Shown piece by piece: positions 9,428-19,383 of a stretch of 64,000 bases of DNA. Position 1 is the first letter of the stretch. The number at the start of each line of letters is the position of its first letter. This DNA is from a virus. Its lineage: Duplodnaviria; Caudoviricetes. Location of the stretch: positions 1 through 64,000 of the IMG/VR virus record IMGVR_UViG_3300017989_000087. The stretch is one strand, 5' to 3'. The notes under the pieces are model-generated. The model made no database searches. It was given only the letters and a program-made list of their open reading frames with translations, and was not told where the DNA came from. Position numbers and translations under genes: made by a program.

Positions 9428-10258
9428 ATGGCAGGAATTGTATTTCAGGATGATATAGAGGATCTTGAACCAAGAGTCTTTATTGAAGAGATACTGGGTC
9501 TTCAGAGGAATCAGTATAATCTCCGCAATCTATGTAGTGTTGTGCAGACACCCAAGTTGCAGGCAAGAGTTCGTACTGCAACCAAGGGAACTGTTGACAC
9601 CAAGGTTGGTGAAGGAGAAGAGGCTGATATTGCATCAAACACGTACAGCTATACGGATTTGGCTCTGTGGAAGAATGTTGGTCACGTTTCTGTGACCGAT
9701 GAGGCTCGAAAGAGAGCTTCATTTGATGTTTTGAACACAGAGATCAATAACGTTTCCCGTGATTTGGGAAGGGCCGAGAACGCTCAGATAGCTACCGAAT
9801 GGGGCAGTAACGGTACTTCAACTGCATCAACTGCTGGTGTTTGGACAAGTGATTCAAATGATCCTGTGGAAGATGTTCTTGATACTGTTGTTGCAACAAT
9901 GCTGGCTCTAGATAAGGGATATGATCCCAAGGATCTGGCCATGCACCCACAAGTCTATGCTGCGCTTGTTCACAATGACAACATTGCGAAGGAAGTAACC
10001 CATACGGCTCTTATTCAGAAGGGAGGTGTTGACAGTATTTTCGGTATGAATATTACTGTTGATATTAACCTGACGGATACCCGATGCTATGTTCTTGACA
10101 AGGAAGCACCCGCATGCCTACTTGCTCAGGGAGGTACTTCTGCTGCTAAGTATCGAAACGAACCCACGGGTGAGGATCGGTACATTGTCAGACAATGGCT
10201 CCAGCCGAAAGTTGTGCTCACAGATGCATTGTATTACCTAACTGGTGTACACTCTTAA
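9428..10258 (+). CDS. major capsid protein (HK97 fold)
   Basis: Position; VGEGEE..., K..GHVSVTDE.., AMHPQVYAAL, IFGMNITVD patterns typical of HK97 MCPs. Confidence 0.85.
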   Translation: MAGIVFQDDIEDLEPRVFIEEILGLQRNQYNLRNLCSVVQTPKLQARVRTATKGTVDTKVGEGEEADIASNTYSYTDLALWKNVGHVSVTDEARKRASFDVLNTEINNVSRDLGRAENAQIATEWGSNGTSTASTAGVWTSDSNDPVEDVLDTVVATMLALDKGYDPKDLAMHPQVYAALVHNDNIAKEVTHTALIQKGGVDSIFGMNITVDINLTDTRCYVLDKEAPACLLAQGGTSAAKYRNEPTGEDRYIVRQWLQPKVVLTDALYYLTGVHS

Positions 10259-10288
10259 AGTCAACTTGGTATAAATTTGAAATTTAAA

Positions 10289-10312
10289 TTTTTTATTTTT
10301 TTTTATTTATTT
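10289..10312 (+). terminator. oligo-T archaeal terminator after MCP
   Basis: T-rich run TTTTTTATTTTTTTTTATTTATTT after the MCP stop. Confidence 0.55.
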
Positions 10313-10324
10313 GATGGTGATATC

Positions 10325-10675
10325 ATGAGGATAAAGACAGAGGAAATTGGTGATGTAAAAATCATCCTTGATTATGTAGATGATCCTTTCATCAGACAAT
10401 TTTACGGAACTTACTACTTGAAAGTGAGAAACGGTGACAGGATGATAAAACAACAGGTGTTTCAAGAAAGACCAAAAGCGATTAAATACTTTAACAAATT
10501 TGTTTATGTTATGGAACATCTTGATAGCATAGTTATGCCAGATGGTAGAATTCTATCCCCAAACCAGAAATTGGCGAAGGATGTTTTTGACGGTACTGTT
10601 GAAAACAAAGCACCTTGGTATTACAACCAAGGAAAGAAAGGAAAATATTCAATATTAACCGATTATGAGGTGTAA
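10325..10675 (+). CDS. hypothetical virion protein
   Basis: GGTGA RBS before ATG 10325. Confidence 0.7.
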   Translation: MRIKTEEIGDVKIILDYVDDPFIRQFYGTYYLKVRNGDRMIKQQVFQERPKAIKYFNKFVYVMEHLDSIVMPDGRILSPNQKLAKDVFDGTVENKAPWYYNQGKKGKYSILTDYEV

Positions 10676-10678
10676 TAA

Positions 10679-11080
10679 ATGGTTGTAACTGTTGACGATG
10701 TAAGAACGTTGCTGAATGATATAAGTGTTGAAGAGCTTTCCAATGACACGATTCGTGCCAATATTGATGATGCCGAAGCTTGGGTTGACGATGCTGGTGG
10801 CGATTATGAGGATGGTGATTGGGGAGAGAGAGCTACAAAGTATAGAGCTGCATATTTGAGTTATATAGTTTCAAATACATTTCTTAGTGCGTCCGCTGGA
10901 CCAATATCTGTTCGTGAAGCGTTTGAGTTAAAGGCTGAACATCTTTCCGATTTGGCACAAGATTTTCTTGGAAGGTCTCTAGACAAACCCGTTACAAGGG
11001 TTATGAAAATACCGCTTCTGAGAAAATATTCTTCAGATGAACAAGAAGATGATCCAGACAGAGTTAGCTTGACGGTGTAA
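10679..11080 (+). CDS. head-tail adaptor
   Basis: MVVTVDDVR.LL...I...IDDAEAWV..., ATKYRAAYL pattern; position. Confidence 0.7.
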   Translation: MVVTVDDVRTLLNDISVEELSNDTIRANIDDAEAWVDDAGGDYEDGDWGERATKYRAAYLSYIVSNTFLSASAGPISVREAFELKAEHLSDLAQDFLGRSLDKPVTRVMKIPLLRKYSSDEQEDDPDRVSLTV

Positions 11081-11082
11081 AC

Positions 11083-11448
11083 ATGACTGATCTACAAAAC
11101 ATATCGAGTGCCATGATCAACAGGTTTGGCACAGATATTTCTTACCAATCTACTTCTGGTACATCAATGAACAAGTATGGAGACAATTATGGTTTTACTT
11201 GGGCTACTGCTACAACCGCAAAGGCTATAGTTGATAGTCCACGGGAAGACTCTCTTACTTGGGAAACAGAAGGTGGAGTTAAAACTGGACGACTTTATTT
11301 CTACATGGAAAATGATGAATCAATATCTTCTGGTGACAGAATAACTTATCAGTCAACATATTATATTGTTGATGAGGTTTTAAAGTATCAGTTTTTGAAT
11401 AAATATACGTGCCAGAGGGTAAATGCCTATAGAGATCTGTCACAATAA
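11083..11448 (+). CDS. head closure (stopper) protein
   Basis: Beta-rich 121 aa ending GDRITYQSTYYIVDEV; position. Confidence 0.65.
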   Translation: MTDLQNISSAMINRFGTDISYQSTSGTSMNKYGDNYGFTWATATTAKAIVDSPREDSLTWETEGGVKTGRLYFYMENDESISSGDRITYQSTYYIVDEVLKYQFLNKYTCQRVNAYRDLSQ

Positions 11449-11466
11449 AGGAAAGTTTTTTATATT
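11447..11466 (+). promoter_or_regulatory. late BRE-TATA promoter (19-mer copy 3)
   Basis: AAAGGAAAGTTTTTTATAT, identical to 2505 and 7948. Confidence 0.8.
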
Positions 11467-11548
11467 CGTTCGTCTATATTAATAGATGAAGCTATAAAGG
11501 GTATTACCACGCTGGTAATATCTTACCTGAATGGGATAGTGAAGATAT

Positions 11549-11989
11549 ATGGTAACAGCAAGCACCGTGTTTGAAGACGTATTCGAATTGATGTATGACG
11601 AAACTAATAGTGCGATTAGTGATCCCGCTTCTAGAGGTTCCAAGTGGATATTTTCATCTTTCCCAGATTCTAGTGGTGGTACTTTTCCGGGTTATCCTAT
11701 TCTTGTAATTGAGAATCCTATTATTGATAGCATGACCACGGCGAACATAAATAGGTCTATGTGGAATCATATGCTGTCTGTTAATTTTTCTATATATGAT
11801 ACCAGAGCATCAAGAATTGATAGCATAGGTTCTGATATAGTTCAGGCTCTTAAAGACGCTAGAACAACATTCAGAAGCAACGGACTATATAATATGGGAA
11901 TTAGTTCTGGAAGAGTTCAGACGGTTGAACATGATGGTCACAGAATTCATTTTAGAGTTTTAACGGTGGTGTTTGATTTTGCCGATTAA
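11549..11989 (+). CDS. tail terminator/completion protein
   Basis: YPILVIE..., VNFSIYD.., VLTVVF pattern; position. Confidence 0.65.
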   Translation: MVTASTVFEDVFELMYDETNSAISDPASRGSKWIFSSFPDSSGGTFPGYPILVIENPIIDSMTTANINRSMWNHMLSVNFSIYDTRASRIDSIGSDIVQALKDARTTFRSNGLYNMGISSGRVQTVEHDGHRIHFRVLTVVFDFAD

Positions 11990-12605
11990 ATATACAATCA
12001 AACCCAATCTTAAATCACTTATGGCTAACATAGAGAATAACGCTAAACTTGCGATAAAAGAAGGTGTCAACGAATACCTTTCGGAAGTAACAGAAGATAT
12101 TGTTAATTCGCTCAAAAAGGCTGCTCCAGTTGATACTAGCGCATCTTCTGGTAATCCTGTGAAACCATCAATAGGTGGTAGGTTAGTGAGATCACAGAGT
12201 AACAATGCAAATATTGTTGTCGAAGCTAGGTCTCCACATGCAGTATTTACAGAGATATGGCCTAGACCTCATTGGGTGAATGTAGACAAACATCCAGAAG
12301 TTAGAAATTGGGCAAGTGCGCATGGAGTTCCATTGTCTGGAAATAGATATCTAATGGTATATGGACATGGCGGTTCTTCATTGAGAACACCACAACATTG
12401 GTTTTCAAATACCGCTCACGAAGCAATTGCGAGACATGGCGGTATGTATTTGGCCCAGAGTGTAGAAAAGTCATTAACAAGAGGTTCTGGATGGTACGGT
12501 GAGCACCGAAGACATTCAGAAGTTGCGAAACTTGGATGGGCAAGAAGAAGAGCAAGGGCTATGCCTACAAGCATGGCTGCTGGAGGTGTGCCTAATATCT
12601 ATTAG
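11973..12605 (+). CDS. HK97 gp10-like neck/tail component
   Basis: LKKAAPVDT...GRL..S, SPHAVFTE motifs. Confidence 0.65.
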   Translation: MILPIKYTIKPNLKSLMANIENNAKLAIKEGVNEYLSEVTEDIVNSLKKAAPVDTSASSGNPVKPSIGGRLVRSQSNNANIVVEARSPHAVFTEIWPRPHWVNVDKHPEVRNWASAHGVPLSGNRYLMVYGHGGSSLRTPQHWFSNTAHEAIARHGGMYLAQSVEKSLTRGSGWYGEHRRHSEVAKLGWARRRARAMPTSMAAGGVPNIY

Positions 12606-12652
12606 GTAAGTTAACTATAAAGTAATGGTGAATATGATGAGGATGATATAAA

Positions 12653-13168
12653 ATGGCAGCAGAAATTTTCTATGCAGAAGATGGTGAAATTTATGTATGT
12701 ACTACAGGAAGTTCGCCGTCTTCAAGCACACAATATTCTGATTATCTAACTGAGATATCTGTCTCAGGTGGTGAAAGAGGAACCGAACAAATATTGTTAT
12801 TGGGTCAAACATCCAATCAGCAAAACTCTATAACCAGAGAAAACCCACAGGAGCAGTATGAAACTTCTCTCACAGCCATTGCAAGAGACCACAGTTTCCA
12901 AGCAATGGTCAACGGTGATACTTCCGGTGGTGGAGACATCAAGACTGTCAAGGGTGCTAGAGACAGAACAGCAAGAGATATATATTACAGATTTGATGAT
13001 GGCACTTCTCAGATAGAAATCAAATTTGAAAGTGCGTATGGTATTAGCACAGAACTTAGTGTTGATGCAGAAGGATATCTTGAAGAGACTATTAACTTTA
13101 ATTGTCTTGCAAAGAACTATCAATACAAGTATGTGGCTGATAAGTCTGGTGGTAGCACATTGTTCTAG
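12653..13168 (+). CDS. major tail tube protein
   Basis: 171 aa, beta-rich, acidic; upstream of chaperones and TMP. Confidence 0.7.
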   Translation: MAAEIFYAEDGEIYVCTTGSSPSSSTQYSDYLTEISVSGGERGTEQILLLGQTSNQQNSITRENPQEQYETSLTAIARDHSFQAMVNGDTSGGGDIKTVKGARDRTARDIYYRFDDGTSQIEIKFESAYGISTELSVDAEGYLEETINFNCLAKNYQYKYVADKSGGSTLF

Positions 13169-13181
13169 TGATGATGTGTAC

Positions 13182-13211
13182 GGGGGTGAGGCATTAATTT
13201 GTCTCATCCCC
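13182..13211 (+). terminator. 12-bp GC-rich hairpin after tail tube gene (terminator or mRNA stability element)
   Basis: GGGGGTGAGGCA-TTAATT-TGTCTCATCCCC with two G-U pairs. Confidence 0.45.
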
Positions 13212-13229
13212 AATTTGTGATGTGATAAA

Positions 13230-13508
13230 ATGGCAAAAGAAGAAAAAATAAAAGAGGAACCTGTGAGGAATGTTACGATATATAATGTTCCCATATCTAC
13301 TATTGAAGAGTTTAAAGCTTTTGCGAAAGCAATGGCATGGGGAAAATATTCAGTTGCTCTCAGGTTACTGCTAGATAGGTCTGCCGTGATAGATATTTTT
13401 TCTAATCACGAAAGCAGAATAAAGAGTTTGGAAAGAGAGGCGCATGAGCCTCAAAGTGAAGAGGAAAAGAAGAGCATAAAGAGATTTGGAGGAATGAAGA
13501 ATGAGTGA
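13230..13508 (+). CDS. hypothetical protein
   Basis: 92 aa, ATGA-coupled to next gene. Confidence 0.7.
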   Translation: MAKEEKIKEEPVRNVTIYNVPISTIEEFKAFAKAMAWGKYSVALRLLLDRSAVIDIFSNHESRIKSLEREAHEPQSEEEKKSIKRFGGMKNE

Positions 13509-13854
13509 TTTAGATGCATTGTCTGGTAAGCCGAAAACAAAAAATATCGGTGGAGTTGACATAACTCTGTCTCCTTTGACCATGAAGGATTTTGACCTTG
13601 CGTTTTTGGCGGGGTCTGAGGATGACATGGAGAAGGCAAAGGGAATGAAACAGGTTGTAGAAAAGACATTACAGGATTCATATCCAGATGTCAAAGACCC
13701 GCTATCCAAGGTAAGTATGCAATATATGGTGGATCTTATGACGTTTGTTATAGAAGTAAATGGTCTTGCTACTCCTGAGAACATTGAAAAGATGTCCAAG
13801 AATATCCCTTTAGAAAAAACAGAGGAAGAAAGCTCAACGCCAGAGAAAGGATAG
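13501..13854 (+). CDS. tail assembly chaperone (gpG-like)
   Basis: Position between tube and TMP; KTKNIGGVDITLSPLTMKDF pattern. Confidence 0.75.
   Translation: MSDLDALSGKPKTKNIGGVDITLSPLTMKDFDLAFLAGSEDDMEKAKGMKQVVEKTLQDSYPDVKDPLSKVSMQYMVDLMTFVIEVNGLATPENIEKMSKNIPLEKTEEESSTPEKG
13806..13812 (+). promoter_or_regulatory. -1 ribosomal frameshift slippery heptamer C CCT TTA
   Basis: X XXY YYZ in the zero frame; -1 frame is open from 13788 to 14075. Confidence 0.75.
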
Positions 13855-13868
13855 AACTGGAAAAATTA

Positions 13869-14075
13869 ATGAAGTTACCAAAAAGTCTTAGAAATAAGAA
13901 AAAGGCACAAAAGATAGCAGACACACACATGGCGTTTATGAAATATTGGGAGATGAGCTACAGAGACTTTATAAATTTACCAATACCCGTTTATGTAAGG
14001 ATGTTTGAATTTATGAGAAAGGCTATTAAAGAACAAGAGCGTGAGAGAAAAAAGCAAAAGAGGATGAACAAGTAA
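13869..14075 (+). CDS. C-terminal part of gpGT-like chaperone (probably reached by -1 frameshift)
   Basis: -1 frame relative to 13501 ORF; YWEMSYRDFINLPIPVY resembles gpT-type motifs. Confidence 0.7.
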   Translation: MKLPKSLRNKKKAQKIADTHMAFMKYWEMSYRDFINLPIPVYVRMFEFMRKAIKEQERERKKQKRMNK

Positions 14076-14076
14076 A

Positions 14077-16869
14077 ATGGCACAAGCTACCCTAAATGTT
14101 AATATCGTTGCCCAGATGGTTGGTAAAGGTATGCCAAAAATGAATAAGCAAGTAAAAGGCATACATGATAGTTTTACTGGTGTAAATAAGGGAATGATTA
14201 AAACAGACAGGGTTATAAGACAGGGTGCGAGAGGCGCACAAAATTTAAATTCTGCGGTAGAAACAGTAAAAGAAAATATTATTGGAACTCATACCAATAT
14301 GGCTGGTATTGGTGATCAAACCACACGAGCTACGAGTAGAATGGTTGGAGTAAATAAAGAAATGCAAGAAACTCTTGGCTTGGGAAAAGAGTGGGTTGGA
14401 AGAACAATGACTGTCGATGATGTCACAGCAAAACTTGGAGACAGATTTAAAAATGTAAAAAATTCACAACAGATAATAAATGATTCTTTGAAGAAATATA
14501 ACACAAGATTGCAAACAACGACCAGTTTGACAGGACGATTTAGATTTGAGTTTCTTGGTATTATGTTCGCTGGTATGGCTTTGGCTAAGAGTCAGAGAAA
14601 GTGGCTTCAGGATGCAAAGAAGTCATATATTGAAGTTAGGGGAGAAGCGTCTGAGTTAGCTAGTCAAATTAAGAGAATTGAAGAGACACAAAAAAGAATG
14701 AAAGCTGAAGCATATGAAGCAACAAAATGGGTTCATAATTTAAATGAGCAAATAACAGAATGGCTATCTAAACATCCACAGCTTCTAAAATTTGTTGGAA
14801 CAGTTAGGTTGTTTGCTGCTGGCATGGGCACAGTTCTTCAAACAGTTGGTCAAGCCATGCTTGCATATTTTTCATTAGTAATAGCAATGAAGTCATATTT
14901 GGCAACTAAAACAGATGTTATGGCAGCAGAAAGTTTGCACACTATGATGTTACATGGTATTATCGCAAAGACAAAGGCCTTGAAGGTTGCAATTCTTGGT
15001 GCTGTGAAAGCTTTTTGGGCAAAAATAACATCTGTTAATGTATCAACAATATCTCTAAAAGCATTTAATAAATCTACCAAAGGCTCAATTATTTCTGGTG
15101 GTATTTTAACAACTGTCATTGGTGCTGTATCTACCGCATTTAAAAAATTGGCAGTATCCATTGGTTCCTCTGTTGTTTCACTTAAGGCTTACATTACCCA
15201 ATCATCAATCGCAACATCAGTTTCTGGAGGTTTAACTGCTGCTGTTACAGCACTATCTGCTGCTGTCAAAGGTTTGTGGGCTTCTTTATTGGGTCCGATA
15301 GCATTAATAATTGCATTGATAGGCGTATTGATGACTACAAGGAAATGGATTGAAGATGTGTTAGATGGAACAAAGAAGTTTAGTATGTTTTGGTTTTCTG
15401 TTGCACAAACAATAAGATTGGCTCTCTGGCCTCTCGAATTTGCTGTTTTCTTGATTGAGAAATTGGGTCAAATGCTTGGGCTTATATCAAAAGAAAGAGA
15501 AATTAGAATTCCTATTGCGGTTGAGGGTGCTACTGAAGCTGCTGATTATATTGCTGATTATCTGAAACCGGGTTCACCTCCCAAGAAGGGTCCATTGTCA
15601 GATATGGATATGTGGGGAAAGAATTATGCTTATATGATTTCAGAAGGATTAAACCGTGGTGAAAATTTCATTAGGGGTGCTGCTGGAAATATAGGCAAAA
15701 CTATAATGGATACAATCATTCCTCTGCTTGATTTCTTTGGCCTTCTTAGATCTTTGGTTATGGGCAAAGAAAAATTGGATCTGGAAGCAGAAGAACCAGA
15801 AGAAGGCGGTTTTCTTAGTTGGTTGTGGGAAGCTGCTACAAGCGGTTTTGAGGCAATGAAACTTAATATTTCCGCTGTTTTGGATACAATTGCTGGATTT
15901 GCATTTGCACTATGGAGAGGGCTTGTTGATGATGTTATTCCAATGGCAATTGAACTTGCTAAAAAGGCTTGGAATTGGCTATGGGATATAATGAAGTGGG
16001 CATATGATGGTGCTTGGAGAGCGTTTGGTATATTAATTAATTTGGCTGAGAAAGCATGGGGATGGCTATGGGATATAATGAAGTGGGCATATGATGGAAT
16101 ATGGAGAACTTTTGGAATGTTAATAAATCTTGCTGAAGGAGCGTGGGGTTGGTTATGGGATATTGTTAAGTGGATGTATAATGGTATCTGGAGATCATTT
16201 GGAATGATTATTAACTTTGGCGAAGGTTCGTGGTCGTGGCTGTGGGATATAGTAAAATGGATGTACAATGGCGTATGGAGATTCTTCGGAATGTTTATTA
16301 ATCTCGATAATGGTGTTTGGAGTTGGCTGTGGGATCTATTGTCTTGGATGTATAGGGGCATATGGAGATTTTTGGGGATGTTTATCAATTTGGATGAAGG
16401 TCCGTGGTCATGGTTATGGGATGTAATGCTTTGGATGTATCGTGGCGTATGGAGAACTTTTGGAATGTTGATCAATATTGCTAAAGGAATTGGAAATTGG
16501 CTATGGAATGTTCTTGAATGGGCATATGGTGGAATAACAAAGGTAATTGATATTACAGTTAATTTGCTCAAAGGTGCTGGTGGTGCATTATGGAATGCAA
16601 TAACTACAACAACTGCTGCTTTGATACCGGGTATAGAAGGACGAAAGCAGATGGGTGGACCAATAAACCAGACAGGATTGTACATGCTTCACATGGGAGA
16701 ATATGTTGTTCCAAAGAAGAATGTTAGTGCTGGTGCTGGTGGGAATAACATAAATGTTTATGTTAATCTTAGTTCTAACATATCATCTCAGATGGATATA
16801 AAAAGAGTTAGTGAGGAACTTGGTAGAGAAATAGCAAGAGATATTGAAAAGAGATTGGGTGTATTCTAA
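14077..16869 (+). CDS. tape measure protein
   Basis: 930 aa, Ala/Gly/helical; PGSPPKKGPL and GGPINQTGLYMLHMGEYVVP motifs; Trp repeats. Confidence 0.9.
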   Translation: MAQATLNVNIVAQMVGKGMPKMNKQVKGIHDSFTGVNKGMIKTDRVIRQGARGAQNLNSAVETVKENIIGTHTNMAGIGDQTTRATSRMVGVNKEMQETLGLGKEWVGRTMTVDDVTAKLGDRFKNVKNSQQIINDSLKKYNTRLQTTTSLTGRFRFEFLGIMFAGMALAKSQRKWLQDAKKSYIEVRGEASELASQIKRIEETQKRMKAEAYEATKWVHNLNEQITEWLSKHPQLLKFVGTVRLFAAGMGTVLQTVGQAMLAYFSLVIAMKSYLATKTDVMAAESLHTMMLHGIIAKTKALKVAILGAVKAFWAKITSVNVSTISLKAFNKSTKGSIISGGILTTVIGAVSTAFKKLAVSIGSSVVSLKAYITQSSIATSVSGGLTAAVTALSAAVKGLWASLLGPIALIIALIGVLMTTRKWIEDVLDGTKKFSMFWFSVAQTIRLALWPLEFAVFLIEKLGQMLGLISKEREIRIPIAVEGATEAADYIADYLKPGSPPKKGPLSDMDMWGKNYAYMISEGLNRGENFIRGAAGNIGKTIMDTIIPLLDFFGLLRSLVMGKEKLDLEAEEPEEGGFLSWLWEAATSGFEAMKLNISAVLDTIAGFAFALWRGLVDDVIPMAIELAKKAWNWLWDIMKWAYDGAWRAFGILINLAEKAWGWLWDIMKWAYDGIWRTFGMLINLAEGAWGWLWDIVKWMYNGIWRSFGMIINFGEGSWSWLWDIVKWMYNGVWRFFGMFINLDNGVWSWLWDLLSWMYRGIWRFLGMFINLDEGPWSWLWDVMLWMYRGVWRTFGMLINIAKGIGNWLWNVLEWAYGGITKVIDITVNLLKGAGGALWNAITTTTAALIPGIEGRKQMGGPINQTGLYMLHMGEYVVPKKNVSAGAGGNNINVYVNLSSNISSQMDIKRVSEELGREIARDIEKRLGVF
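15964..16530 (+). repeat. 29-aa Trp-rich repeat, ~6.5 copies, within TMP
   Basis: xWxWLWDxxxWxYxGxWRxFGMxINxxxG repeated every 87 nt. Confidence 0.9.
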
Positions 16870-17372
16870 TGACAGTTGGTAATATAAGGATGAAAGTTAA
16901 GGATGGAACATTTACAAATGGATCTTCCAGCACATTTGTTGATTTACAGGCAAATGGTATATCATATTCACAGGAAGGTTCCATTGGTGTTGGAGCATCC
17001 CTTAATGCAGATATAGAAGTTAATAACTATGATGATGCATATATATCAACACAATACATGGGTCACAAAAACCCAACTATAGAAATAAGTGGAACATTGG
17101 ACGAAAAGGCAGCGCAGGATGATTCTACAATTATAAATTTTGATCTTCTAAGAAGATTTATTCAAGAGAAGAAAAGAAAAATTTTAATCGAACCGCATAT
17201 GTTTCCGGGCAATGGTGTTTATGTTCACATAACCGGAATAGAGGTAAGCAAATCTTCTCAATCTTTAATTCCCAAACCTAGTGGTGGTTGGGATAGTCCA
17301 ACTGACAAGGCAAAATCAATTGGTGGAATAATGGATTATACAATGACATTGGTGGTAGATAGCAAGGTGTGA
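16869..17372 (+). CDS. distal tail protein (putative)
   Basis: Directly after TMP; beta-rich 167 aa. Confidence 0.55.
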   Translation: MTVGNIRMKVKDGTFTNGSSSTFVDLQANGISYSQEGSIGVGASLNADIEVNNYDDAYISTQYMGHKNPTIEISGTLDEKAAQDDSTIINFDLLRRFIQEKKRKILIEPHMFPGNGVYVHITGIEVSKSSQSLIPKPSGGWDSPTDKAKSIGGIMDYTMTLVVDSKV

Positions 17373-19135
17373 TTATTATGGGAGCAATTAATGTTCAGAT
17401 TGATGCAATTCCACAACGGGTAAGAGATTCAGCAACATATTCACAAGATGAGATTCCTTGGAATTCAAATGATTCTGATAATGATACACGAAATCATTCC
17501 TCTACATTGAAAGGTGGAATATCAAGAATATCAGCAACTCTTGGAAGAGGATCGGTTGCTGGCGATACTGAAATTCAATTTACTGGTGTTAATAAAAACA
17601 GTTTTCCGCAATGGCTTGACGAGTCAAGTATAGCCGTATATGTTTCTGATTCATCTATTAATAAATATAAGAACATGATTAATCTTTATCAAGTTGAGTC
17701 AATTGAACCTGTAAAAACAACAAGTGGTTATGAATGGCGCATACGTGGGAGAGATTTAACAAATATATTGATGAACACAAGAATAACCGAAAATTACGAT
17801 AAGGGACTTGAATACACAGTTGGCGAGACAACCGATTATCCTACGGCATCATTAATAATCAGACATATCCTTAGAAGTTATTTTACACAAGAAACGGAAG
17901 CAGCAACAGAAATAAAAGATAATGGGGTTGCTACAACAAAGAGAGATAGGGAAACAGCATTTCCTTATATTTCATATTCTTGTTCAAACAAATCAATGTC
18001 TGATATATTGGATGAATTGTCGTCAGATGTATATACACAAGACGGCCCGTATGATTGGAAATTGTCTGTTGATAATGCAAAAAGAAGAGTTAGTCTTATA
18101 TGGGGTCCAAGAGAAAAAGACAAATTCGCATATGAAACTCTTGATAATGAATACACAACATATGATTCTTCTTCTGTAACACAGGTTGCTCAGAAATTGA
18201 GTTTTACAGGAGACACAACTTTTGAGGCAACTGCTGTTAGTTTAACATCGTTTGGTACTGATTTAACTGGATATATTAGCTTGAATGCAGATTCTGGTGA
18301 TGAACCGGGCGATGAATTGATAAGCACAGCATCACAAGATATTCATTCGGGCGATTTAGAATTAAGTTTTTCAACAACATATCTGATTGACCCCGGTTAT
18401 ACTATGTGGATTGTTCTTCATTTAGAAAGCGGTTCTGCAACTGTTCAGGGAACGTCAACAGGCAATTCCAATATGAAATATTATGATGGTTCTTGGAATA
18501 CAGAAACAGCATTAAACAACATGGCGCATGATTTGTATGGGTTTACATTGGAGAAGTCTTTTGACATAAACAAAAGAGATGATGTAATATCGGTTAAACC
18601 AGAGAAATCATATTACGATATACCAAACCTTGTTACATTAAATTGCGGTAAAGATCCATCTGGGGTTCCAATTATAATTGATGTTCTTTCTGAGTCTACG
18701 GCATACACATATGGTGTCAAGACCATTGTTAAAAGTAGACCAGAATTGGCTGAAGAATGGATAAATGAGAATGGTGAACCAGATGAATACCCCGAAGATG
18801 TTGATGGAACCGAAGTATCAAACTACAGCGGTTATGTTGAACTATGTAGAGACAGGGTAGAAGAGAAAGGCAGAGGGACGGGGAAGGAAATTTTAAAAGC
18901 AATAGGCGAGAATAATATACCAAAGTGGAGTATTGATCTTACTATGTTGGGAACGCACGATTATAAAGTCGGTCAGATGATAAGATTTCAATCTGACAAT
19001 CTTGGTGTTCATCGCAGGAGTCTTGGTAGTGGCGGTGCTAATAGATTGGCTTTGGGCGATTTTAGAATAGAAGGGATTACACATGAAATAGATCCTTCGG
19101 GATGGTATACAACATTAAATCTATTGGAGAGATAA
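17369..19135 (+). CDS. baseplate hub / tail tip protein
   Basis: IRGRDLTNIL.., KVGQMIRF..., RIEGITHEI..GWYTTLNL hub-like motifs. Confidence 0.7.
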   Translation: MIIMGAINVQIDAIPQRVRDSATYSQDEIPWNSNDSDNDTRNHSSTLKGGISRISATLGRGSVAGDTEIQFTGVNKNSFPQWLDESSIAVYVSDSSINKYKNMINLYQVESIEPVKTTSGYEWRIRGRDLTNILMNTRITENYDKGLEYTVGETTDYPTASLIIRHILRSYFTQETEAATEIKDNGVATTKRDRETAFPYISYSCSNKSMSDILDELSSDVYTQDGPYDWKLSVDNAKRRVSLIWGPREKDKFAYETLDNEYTTYDSSSVTQVAQKLSFTGDTTFEATAVSLTSFGTDLTGYISLNADSGDEPGDELISTASQDIHSGDLELSFSTTYLIDPGYTMWIVLHLESGSATVQGTSTGNSNMKYYDGSWNTETALNNMAHDLYGFTLEKSFDINKRDDVISVKPEKSYYDIPNLVTLNCGKDPSGVPIIIDVLSESTAYTYGVKTIVKSRPELAEEWINENGEPDEYPEDVDGTEVSNYSGYVELCRDRVEEKGRGTGKEILKAIGENNIPKWSIDLTMLGTHDYKVGQMIRFQSDNLGVHRRSLGSGGANRLALGDFRIEGITHEIDPSGWYTTLNLLER

Positions 19136-19137
19136 AA

Positions 19138-19383
19138 ATGGCTAGACTAGGAAGCAGACTTGCAAACAAAATAAAAGATCAAGAGGATTTTGAGAGAAGT
19201 CAATTTATAGATGAATTTACATCGAAGCTCAGAGTATTTTTTACCAGAATAAATTTTGATGTTGATTGGTCAATTGAATCACGAGATAACGATTACACAT
19301 TCGAAGTTGGTCATAGCACAAAAGGAAAATTAGATACTGCTACATATAATAAAGAGGCTTGGACAGAGGTGAGGTCAAAATGA
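19138..19383 (+). CDS. hypothetical tail protein
   Basis: ATG 19138 after hub stop. Confidence 0.65.
   Translation: MARLGSRLANKIKDQEDFERSQFIDEFTSKLRVFFTRINFDVDWSIESRDNDYTFEVGHSTKGKLDTATYNKEAWTEVRSK

Noticed and set aside
15630-16685. 351-aa minus-strand repetitive ORF
   Set aside because: Antisense shadow of the TMP Trp repeats.
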